A stretch of 64,000 nt of DNA from Cirrosporium novae-zelandiae (lineage: Eukaryota), in contig JAPETS010000001.1 of the NCBI GenBank assembly GCA_026023565.1, positions 186,001-250,000 on the forward strand. Direction: 5' to 3'. A program made the translations under genes and the position numbers. The notes under the pieces were generated by a model. It did not search any database, had not been told where the DNA came from, and saw only the letters and a program-made list of their open reading frames with translations. Shown here piece by piece: positions 27,209 to 37,343 of this stretch (the stretch's first letter is position 1; the number at the start of each line of letters is the position of its first letter).

Positions 27209-29492
27209 ATGGGCAACACCACTTATGGAGAAGATGTAGTCTCTGCTACAGGGGACGATAGTAGGTCTGGGTCTAGCAGCACAGGGGCTACAGAAACTGA
27301 GAAGAAAGCCCCATGGTGGTCTTATATATGGGTATGAAATCAATACATCCATTTCACCACCCATCCAACAGTCTTATAATTTCGTTATCCGAAGCAATAT
27401 TAACTGACGTTATAGGATTATGATCCAGGTCGATCGCAAGAGGAACGTCTTTTCGTTCAAAGATTGGATCTCGGTATCCTCTCCTTACTTTCATTAGGCT
27501 ATTTCATCAAGTGAGTTACTCCAAGCCAAAGGCCATGTTGGAAGTTTAGCTTTGCTAATAATGATACCAGAAATTTGGTATGTTGAACTTTTGATCACAC
27601 ATTGAGGTTCTGGTAGAAGCTTCAAGACTGACTGGATATGTATAGGATCAAACCAATATCTCCAATGCCTTTGTTAGTGGTATGAAAGAGGACCTAAACA
27701 TGTACGGCAATCAGCTCAATCTAATCGATGTATATCTCGTTCGACTCCTTTCTTTTGTGCGCAATAACATTAATGCTGCCTTATAGACTGCATGGACTGT
27801 CGGATATGTAATTGGCCAGATACCCTCACAGGTCATACTCACCAGAAGTTTGTCTCCAATTCCCCCCCTGACCTTAACCACATTGACTAACATTTCTTCT
27901 CCGCAGTCCGCCCTTCAGTTTGGATACCAACCTGCGAGCTAATATGGACAATGTTAACATTCTGTCTCGCGGCGGCAAAAACTGCAAACCATGTTATTGC
28001 CATCCGATTTTTCGTTGGGTTGTTTGAAAGCGTAATTTACCCTATCCTCTCTAACACCTTCTCCATTCCCTTTCCATGACCTTCATCAAAGCGTACCCGA
28101 CTAAATTTCTCAATAGATATTCTACCCCGCCGCCCACACCATCTTAGGAGCCTGGTACAAACCTAGCGAACTCGGTAAACGCGCTTGCGTCTTCCACGCC
28201 TCAAGCGCAATTGCGGGAATGTTCTCGGGATACCTGCAAGCAGCTGTATATACAAATCTGAACGGTGTGAGAGGATTACCAGGGTGGAAGTGGCTTTTTG
28301 TAAGTTTGAGTCGAATAAGAATCCAGTCTAGGACTTTGCAAACCTCTCTTAAATGGAGGGGCGACGCATTATAAACATATTCCATTACTCTCTTTGAAGG
28401 GACTGGCTAATTTGTATTGCCATGGACTAGATCATGGACGGCATCATCAGCACCTGTATAGCCATTTTAGGCTTTTTTATCCTCCCCGATCTTCCAGAAA
28501 ATACTCGAGCTTTCTATCTAACAGAAGATGTACGTCCGAGACCCACAAGATCCAATCTTAATAACACCGCTCTCTCCCCTAGATATCAAACATCCATCAA
28601 AATACACTCATCTAACTACCTACCTACAGCACAAACGTCTTGCTAAACACCGCATGGCTAGCATCGGGCGCTCCCCCCGTTCCCGTCTTGATCGAACAGT
28701 CTGGAAGCGCGTCTTTAGCAAATGGCACGTCTACCTCCTAACGATCCTCTACATTGACTTTATAAACACGGGTCCCTCATCCAGTCTAAACCCATTAGCC
28801 CTATGGCTAAAAGCCCAAGGCTATTCCGTAAACCTAATCGCAAGTCTCCATTCCAAAAGTTAACCCCTCTACATTTTCTAACAAATCACCAAAAGAACAT
28901 CATCCCTACCGCCCTCTATGCCGTTCAGCTTGTCAGTACTCTTCTCCTCGCAGTCCTCTCCGACGCGCTCCGTTCCCGCCCTCTTCCAATGACCATCTCC
29001 ACCGCCGGCGGCTTCCTAGCCTCGATCCTCCTTCTTCTACACGCGTACCCCTCCCTCTCCATCCCCACTGGCCTCTCCTACTTTGCCTATTTCATCTACC
29101 GACTCTACGTTCCCTTTGGGCCCCTGAGCATGTCCTGGGCCAACGAGATCTGCAGCTCCGACGCCGAGGAACGCGCCATCGTTATCGGCGTCATGAATAG
29201 CGTTGCGTATGCGTTCAATGCTTGGGTCCCCCTATTGAGTTTTCCTCAAAAGGAGGGCTGGCAGTTTAAGAGGGGATGGGCATTTGCGGTGGGGGCGTTT
29301 GCATTTCAGTTTTTTATTACTTGGGTGGTTTGGTGGATGGAGAGGAGGGATCGGAGGAGGGAGAATAGACTACACGGGGACGGGGCTGTGCTGGGCGAGG
29401 AAGTGGGGGAGCGGCTCGAAGGGAGAGAGGTTGTGAATGTGGATGTGGATGTGAATGTGGGGAAATCAAAGGACGTGGATATCGAACGCTGA
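27209..29492 (+). CDS. MFS transporter of the allantoate/pantothenate (Liz1/Seo1-like) family, 10 exons: 27209-27331, 27416-27510, 27571-27577, 27646-27729, 27787-27847, 27907-28031, 28117-28299, 28431-28529, 28630-28839, 28896-29492
   Basis: Spliced product contains [63 protein letters not shown] and EERAIV. All exon phases are consistent. Confidence 0.88.
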
Positions 29493-30332
29493 GAAATAAA
29501 CCAGACCAGACCAGACCACCCAACCTAATATCAAAACTTGTCCTTTTCAACCAAAAGTAGACAAAATAATTAGAAACATCCACCAAGCCAGTCTACATAC
29601 ATACACACATACACACATTTCAACCTTATCAGGAGGACGGCACTTGATTCAGCCTGAGGCTCGGGCAGAGCGCGAGTGGAAGAAAATGGTGCTGAAATGA
29701 CGAGGACACTTCCGAGCTAGGCAAAATCAGGCCAGGCTTTTACTTGTAGTCTGTGTCAATGTTTGACGCATCTCATTTTGGTTAAAGACCTTGTTGAGAT
29801 AGAATGGTGAATTGAAGCTTTGGTAGAGCTTGGCAATTCTGGATATAGTTAGCGCTAATTTAAGTGTTAGTCTAATCATGGCGGGTTTGGATTTCTATTT
29901 TCCCAAGACTAATATTTACATGTCTAGCTTCCTGTAAATGGGCTGATTATGATCAAGACTTGGGGCAATATCAAAACCTCAAGTTAATAAAGATGTATTT
30001 CTGAATTCTCCTATCATAAGTCCGGGTACAAGTCTTATTACTGCTCCTGCTTGGAGTTTTTATTACTCCTTATCTCTATACATCCTAACAACGACAGTCT
30101 ATTTCGTTTTGGTGTACCATGTTGCTGCTGGACTAATCATAGCATCTCTGGTTAACATCAAAGGATCCACTAAAAACATACGTCAGTGATATTACTAGAA
30201 TATGAGGCATGGGTTCCAAGTGCTTCTGGATTACACTGTGCTCTTGGTCAAGTTAAGAGCCAGTTATTTGTATCACAGGTTTGTACTCTCACTTGTGCTC
30301 AGATATTCATCTCTTCAAATCAAGGTGTCATT

Positions 30333-31377
30333 ATGGAGTGCATTACTAGTATCAGCAAAGACATCAACAATATTTTAGTCGCCCCGAGAATGAGATCTGC
30401 TACGACAACTCTTCAAATGCCGAACCGACCAGCCCCCAAGCGTCGTGATGCAAGTGAGTACTCGATGATACCAACCTTACCTCCAACTTTCTATACACCT
30501 GCCCCAGTGGCCACTGCAAACAGTCCCGTATATAGTGGTATTACTAGGATTGCTTATAGAGGCACTGCCATCGCAAGTCAAACACCAACCGCAATAAAGG
30601 CGACGGCTAGTTCTCGGGGTGGCCTTACTTTCCTCTGCCAACAAGTCAACACTAAAACAGAAACATCTCATTGCCTCATTAACGCCAACGCAAACACAAT
30701 TCGGTTTCTCGAAAAGAAGGACCTCCATTCCCGGTGCTTTAAATTGTCTGATACAAGGTATTGCGATGGATGTAGCCTGGTTCAACCCGTTGTTTCCTTT
30801 AGTGAGCAAGACACTCTGTCTGCCCGTAGGAATCGAACTAGACCAAAAAGGAGAATCTGCAATGAGTGTTGGAGTGGGCAGCGTTGTCGATGGACCAGAC
30901 CGACCAGACCAAGGGGGTAGGTCTGGTCGGTCTATCAAAATCCTCGGCCCGGTCTGGTCTATAGACCGGGGGTCACATGACACCCGGTTAATATAACCGG
31001 CGCGGAGCGCGCCCAAAATTTTTGAATCTCGATTCACCACACCATATCTTATCTCCACGTGATATCACGTGGAGATAAAGGTCTTACTAATCTATACGAA
31101 ATAAAATACCGAACTCCGACACCCCCAAATTTCCCCCTACAAACCCCAAAAATATACCCCCCACTAATAATTCGCATTTATATAGACCAAATAGACCTTG
31201 GATAATCAAGGTCTGGTCGGTCTATCAAAAAGCTCGGTCTGGTTGGTCTGGTCTATCCAAAAGCTTGGTCTGGTCGGTCTAAGGTCTATAGACGGTCTAC
31301 CATAGACGGTCTATTTAGTCTGGTCCATCGACAACGCTGGGAGTGGGATGGTACTTTCGAATAGTTTTGGATATTGA
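30333..31377 (+). pseudogene. Orphan ORF with C-terminal CxxC...CxxC motif, interrupted near its 3' end by a MITE
   Basis: ORF from ATG 30333 runs to ...ICNECWSG at the TSD. Removing the element restores WSGMVLSNSFGY* (TGA 31375-31377). It may still be expressed with an altered tail. Confidence 0.45.
30879..31339. mobile_element. 461-bp non-autonomous DNA transposon (MITE), hAT-type
   Basis: Perfect 22-bp TIRs CAGCGTTGTCGATGGACCAGAC (30879-30900) and its reverse complement (31318-31339). Identical 8-bp TSD GGAGTGGG at 30871-30878 and 31340-31347. Subterminal GGTCTGGTCGGTCTA repeats; no transposase. Confidence 0.93.
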
Positions 31378-32738
31378 AGCTCCTTACCAACAAACGATAT
31401 TCGAGTGATTGAATATCGATATGATACAAGTGGGATGATATGATGCTTACTGAAAACTTTGAATCGCCACAAGAATTTTTACCAGGTAAATCCAAAGAGT
31501 CCTCAATTTCTACTACAGCTACTATAATCTCAAGGTAACCCTTCATTGGATGGATAAATTATCCGAAACATATGCGGCATAAAAGGTAGGAATCAATTAT
31601 CACGGCCACATGTTGCCTCAGTACTAGCCGTGCAGTTTTCAACGAGACACGGGATACAACGCAATAACTTTGCTTGTTAATTGGGTTGCATATGCAGTAG
31701 CCCATCTTTGAGCGAACTTCAGGAGCGCTTTTTGTTGTCACAGCAGATAGATTCTTGATCCGCCATAAAAGCGATCAATGTCTCAAATATGAAAGTTTAA
31801 AGGGTGGAATTAATTTTCAATTCTAACGCTAACCATGTCAGGTATCTTATTCTCTATTTCTATCTACCTTTTCTGTACTTTGTAGGTTGCGAGGACTGGG
31901 TTGTGAGGACCCTTGAGTATACGCTCTGGACTGAATGCCTAGGTAGTTTGTTCTTCTAAAGCCACAACGCCACAGTGGCGGCCGTTACTTTACTGCCGAT
32001 ATGGTATCTTGACGTCTACCCACTGGCGTTATGCATACATGCCTTATGATTCATTATATCTATTCCTTTGTGTGCGACACTCTTTTGCAATTCCTCAAGC
32101 ACCTAGCTTATTAGGTGTCTCGCTTCTTATCCAGTCAGCTTCTCCTATAATTGATCTTTATTTTGCCACACTAGTGTTCTAACAATATCATGGATTCTCT
32201 TCGACGTTAGCTTGTTCAGCCATCTCTCGCAGCTATATCTTCATGTCTTCAACAGGCCACGGCAAGTTTACTAACTAAATCTCCTTTTCCCTTAAAAGTG
32301 ACAGGTAATTTGTGGAGATAAAGGAATTTGGCTTAATAAAGCCATGTTGATCAATGACGTCTCCCTCACAAACAGAGAATAATGGCCTAATCGAGATAAA
32401 ATTTATGGCGGAGGCCCTCGGGCAAAATCTAGGTTTGAGAGAAACCAACACCAGACTGGGAGCAAGCATTTGCTAATGGGCCTCTGACAGGTCAACTGAC
32501 GAGAAAATCAGATGAAGTTCAAGAGTAAGCGGCACACGGGTTGAATGGATCATAGCTAAAATCGAGATCTGAAATGATAAGCTGATCAGTCAAGTCATCT
32601 AAGAGGCAGAACATATATATATAACCAGCTTTTCTTCATTTCAGACTGTTTTTTCCTCATTTCATCAAACGTCTTTGCTAAAAACATCAAAACCAAAAAA
32701 AATCATTTTCTAGAAAGAAAAGTCCAAGATAACTCAAA

Positions 32739-33541
32739 ATGCATTTTTCTATCTCCGTCCCGCTCATCGCCGCTCTACTTTTCAGGTTTGTTCTTCAGCG
32801 ATACATTTTTCACAGAAATCTTGACAGAGGTTAATTTAGTTCTGGCTTAGTACTATATCCATTGCCGATTCTGAGGATGATCAAGCACCCAGTATCCTGG
32901 TCCTTCCACCAATTAGTGTGACCAGCGTGACCAGCGAGACCAGCGAGACCCTCGTTAACACTAAAACGCTCACCTCGGTGAAGGTACCCACCACTTTAAA
33001 GACCTCCATCAAGGAATCCACCACCGAGAAATCCACCGGCAAGGGGACGTCAACCAAGAAGACGTCAACTAAGAAACCAGCGTCAACCAAGAAGTCAACG
33101 TCAACCAAGAAGACGTCAACCAAGAAGACGTCAACTAAGAAGCCAGCGTCAACCAAGAAGTCAACGTCAACCAAGAAGACGTCAACCAAGAAATCCACCG
33201 CCAAGCCGATTTCAACCAAGGAGACATCAACCAAGAAGTCAACCTCCACCAAAAAGCCCACCAAAGCCGCAACCAAAACCTCAACCCACACCACCAGCAG
33301 CAGTAGCTGCTTCACCCTCACCCTCACCACAGCCAAACCCCCAAAAACCTGCAAAGTCACCACCTGCTCCAAAGTAACCGGCTGCCCCAAAAAAACAGTC
33401 ACATCCATGATCCCTTGCACCAATTCAGCGTGTCCTACTATTTCTACAAAGATGGTTACGCATTCTACGTGCACTAAGTGCCCGACTACTTGCTCTACGG
33501 CTACGACTTTTTCGGAGAAGTGCTCCACTTCGAAGGTGTAG
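32739..33541 (+). CDS. Small secreted Thr/Lys/Ser-rich protein with a 10-Cys C-terminal domain, exons 32739-32785, 32851-33541
   Basis: Signal-peptide-like MHFSISVPLIAALLFSTISIA after splicing the GT-AG intron 32786-32850; TATA-like element at ~32614; TSTKK repeats; Cys-rich tail. Confidence 0.75.
33047..33255 (+). repeat. Coding tandem repeat (ACGTCAACCAAGAAG, TSTKK) with a 66-nt higher-order unit
   Basis: TSTKK-TSTKK-PASTKK-STSTKK occurs twice, followed by partial copies. Confidence 0.9.
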
Positions 33542-34771
33542 GTGTGGGTGTGGGGTTGTGGGAGGTAGTAGGGGATGGAATGGGATGGGCGGATGGATGG
33601 ATGGGATGGGGCGGCAAAGGTGGATGGGTGGGCAGGGAGGGAGGGAGGTAGGTAGGTAGGCAAATGGACCTGAAATCTCACAACCAACAGCAGAGCAAGA
33701 CTTATATATCACTTATAATGCTTTCGTTGGGTCGGGTTGGGGGGGATGGGAAAGTGAAAGGGAAAGGGTGCCGCCCCTTAATTTAAGAAAAAAACTCGGC
33801 AACAATCAGTCAGTTTAATCAGTTTAAACAAATAAGTTAGTTAAATCCCCCTCATTTGCAAAAATTAAATTGAATTGGAAAATTCTTTGCCAACAATACT
33901 TGAAAGTTTGCTTCTTTTTTTGTGTTATACCTCCTAATACTTATGATACCCATTTCGATTTCAATTTCAACCCTTGTATTCCACTTCACTCTAGCACTCC
34001 AGCACTCCAACACTCCAGATACCCTAACTAGGTCTTTTTGTTTTTATCTATCCATCTATCCGTCCACACCTTCCCCCCTTATCTCACTAAACCCAAAAAC
34101 CTAAAAAAAAGGGGGGGGGGGGGGGGGGAATGTTGGGATATATATATCCAAGTATAGATATATAACCCGGATGGATGGATAGATAGATAGATGGGTTTAT
34201 AAACGATTTATTTTTTTTTAATTTTTTTTTTGTATCTTTGGTATTGTAGTAGAGCGGGTTCTGCATGCTCGTGGAGTATACGAACTTTCAGGATTTAGGT
34301 ATAAGGAAGAAACCAAATAGTAGACCAAAGCTTCCCTATTCATGATAATCGTATCATGCACGTACGGAATATAAAATAAATAATTCGTGAACAAAAAAAG
34401 TTTCAATTAGTAAATAGGTAAAATAGTCAATCTCGAAGGATGAAGGATGATCACGATCCATAACTCGCTCGTTCGCTCGCAATTTATATCCCAACAAAAA
34501 CAAATATCACTTTTTAGGGGGAGACTGTATATGACAAAGTAGGGTGTTGCCGACCTACTCTGCCATAGTATTAAAATACTTTTTCTCCTGGCTGACCCCC
34601 CGCATGGACCTTAGAAGGGGAGGGGAGAGGGGGGAAGACAAGAAAAAGATAAAAAGAAGAAAAAGAAGAAAAAAAAAATATCTAAGTAGGTAGGTAGTGT
34701 AGATAGGTTATCTGGAAATGAGTGAGCGAGTGAGTGAGTGAGTGAGTGAATAAATAAGTAAAATAGAATCT

Positions 34772-34915
34772 CAAGTGTTGTTGTGAATAGACCAGGCCAG
34801 ACCAGACCAGACCAAGCTTTCCAGGTAAACCAAACCGAACGGTTTCGAACCCCCCCCCTTGGTCTGGTCTAGTCTAGTCTAGTCTAGTCTAGTCTGGTCC
34901 CATTCCCTTTCGCTG
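34772..34915. mobile_element. Decayed, internally deleted relative of the 30879-31339 MITE, in the opposite orientation
   Basis: Two 16-bp exact reverse-complement matches to the MITE subtermini (GACCAGACCAAGCTTT 34805-34820; CCCCCTTGGTCTGGTC 34854-34869), in the expected order. Degenerate TIR-like ends; no TSD recognisable. Confidence 0.55.
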
Positions 34916-36299
34916 TGTATATCTACAGTATCTGTGTGTGTAAGGCCAGCGCCTAATCAGGGTTGTTGTGTGGTAAGGGTAACTAATTATCCAAGTGGGC
35001 TTAGGCCAGATGAGAGATGATTAAGGGGATACTTATTGATGGAAATGATAATTAGTATTTTAGTAATTATTACTGTATGCTTAAATGCAAAAAAAAAAAC
35101 AATGAGAATGATGATAATAATAATTCTGATATTTTTTTTTTTTTTTGGATAAATATGGGGGGGTTGGATTCTTGGTTGATTGATGGATTGATGGATGGAT
35201 TAAAGAGGGTTTTGCTTTTATAGAGGATAGTTGCTACGCGTTAAGCATTTAGAAGTGCGAGCTCTCTCTTTGATGAGATTTGAGATTTGATATGCCCCCC
35301 TGAGAATAGGATAGGATAGGAAAGAAATAAATAAATTAATCATTTTATAATCGTCATGGGGATAAATAGGTTTTTAGGGGTATTGATTGTATAATCTCCT
35401 AAGCTCTCTCTCTAACCCCAGTGGAGTAGAATAATTTATATCATCTGAATATACAAACCCCTACAAAACATACCTATAATTAACCTACTCTATTACCTTG
35501 ATCAACCTATAGACTACCAAACCAGCTCGGTAATTAGTCTAGTTAATTACGAAATTAAAAATATTCATATTATTTTTTTACTTGGAATCAAAGGAAGGAA
35601 GGGGCTTGATCCTGAGTAGTCGTAGCGCTCTCTATAGTTGGTGTAGAGAAAATATTTGTTGGGAGGAATATCGAGATATTAACTAAGTCCCTATCTATAT
35701 ATATCTTGGCGTATTTTGATGGAGTCTAATTAATTAGTTTGAATGTGGTGGTACAGATGATGCTGGAATAGAGATAATGTTTAGTATTCTTGGCAACGTC
35801 TTGGGAAAATTTCGTAGAAGATAGGGGTTTTTGTTGGGATGGATAGATAGATGGATGGGTTGAGGGTTTGGTATGGGATATGGAGTGGGAGGTAATAGAA
35901 ACATTATCTCGATCATCTCTAAGAACAAACGAAATTATTTTTTGGTATCAAATTGGGAGTTCTTTCCTGGAGGGTACTCGTCTTTAATTGATATATTTAC
36001 TTAATATAATAATACTGTTTGCTACTTAGTTATGAATATTTTCGAGTGAAAAGGTTCAAATATATAGTACTCCAAGGTCTTTGCACAAATCAATAGCGCC
36101 ATTCGGGTTCTCAAGGATCCTGGGTTAGCCTTGTATCATGATAGGCTTTGTGGGAGGGGGTCTTTTAAGCTTTTAGATCATATATTGAGATAGATTCGTT
36201 TACATTATTCGCCTTTGCTTGGGAATTTGTGACGTCTCTCCTGTCTCTTTCAGTAGGTCAAGCGTAAGACTAATTTAGGTTATTATATGATGTGTTCTA

Positions 36300-37343
36300 T
36301 TAAGCATACAGAGACACATCTCCAACTACGCACCGGTGATCGCTTGAATACACGCCATCCTCAAATAGATTAGGCAATACGGCATAGCCATCAACCTTCC
36401 ACTTTGGGAGATCATTCTGATTCAAGGTGTGATACTCTGGGTGTGGGTTGAGTTGGCCGACACTTTCCTTGGGCCCCAACCAAATGAAATCGATTCGACC
36501 TTGTTCTTCTTTGTCCTTGTCTGGTCCAAATCCGGTAAAGGTAATGTCATCTCCGTATCGCTGAGGGGATAGGGGGCATATATCAGTCATGACCCCGCTG
36601 TTCTGCAAATCCTGGTAGGCTTCATCTGTCGGGAAGGAGTTGAAGTCGCCTGCTAGGAAGACCGCCGGGAGGTTGTTTTGGTTATCAACCCAATCATCTC
36701 TCACGCGTTTAATTGTGTCGAGGATGATGGGAATACTTTTCTTGCGGCTCTTACCTCCTACGTTATCGAGATGTGTGCATGTAGCAAGCAAACGCTGGCC
36801 GGTTTTCTTATGTTCAAACACGCCAACAGTTAAGATGCGGATGCTGCCAGCATCCCATCCCTTGCTAGGTTTGTCGGGAGTTGGACTCAGCCATACAGTT
36901 TCAAAGTGAAGGGGTTTGAAGAGCCGAACTGGGTAGATGATTGGGCTGTATTCTCCCTTAGTGTGGCCGTCGTCTCGGGCCACACCAATGTGTGCCCAGG
37001 TTGGACCACCGGGTAGGACGAGAGTTTTATTTGACGGGTCGATCCCGTTTAGTGATTTAAGAATGTCAACTAGTTGAATATGAAGGACTTCTTGGAGACA
37101 GATGAACGAAGCTCCCGAAAAGGCTGGATTCGATCCATCTAGAAAACGTGTGTTGTATGAGAGCTCATTTATTATAAGTGGGAGTCGCTCACTCCAGGGT
37201 CTTTCGTTTGTAAATGGTGATGAGGTTGCATACCGAATGTTATGAGACAGAATGCGAAGAGGAAGAGGGTTAGGTTGAGATGAAGGAATATGTTCGGGAG
37301 GGGGGATTCCGAGAATAGTCTCAAACATGGCCCAGGGTCGCAT
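36300..37343 (-). CDS. Endonuclease/exonuclease/phosphatase (EEP) family protein, intronless, 347 aa
   Basis: SHNIRY, CLQEV, GEYSPI, WLSPTPDKPSKGWDA, THLD, LAGDFNS, RIDFIW and SDHR motifs. Confidence 0.92.
   Translation of the reverse strand: MRPWAMFETILGIPPPEHIPSSQPNPLPLRILSHNIRYATSSPFTNERPWSERLPLIINELSYNTRFLDGSNPAFSGASFICLQEVLHIQLVDILKSLNGIDPSNKTLVLPGGPTWAHIGVARDDGHTKGEYSPIIYPVRLFKPLHFETVWLSPTPDKPSKGWDAGSIRILTVGVFEHKKTGQRLLATCTHLDNVGGKSRKKSIPIILDTIKRVRDDWVDNQNNLPAVFLAGDFNSFPTDEAYQDLQNSGVMTDICPLSPQRYGDDITFTGFGPDKDKEEQGRIDFIWLGPKESVGQLNPHPEYHTLNQNDLPKWKVDGYAVLPNLFEDGVYSSDHRCVVGDVSLYA

Noticed and set aside
30477..31058. 193-aa minus-strand ORF overlapping the MITE
   Set aside because: Starts inside the MITE with a non-ATG codon, has no transposase motifs, and is antisense to the orphan ORF.
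32881..33687. 268-aa Val-rich minus-strand ORF
   Set aside because: Antisense shadow of the TSTKK-repeat gene.
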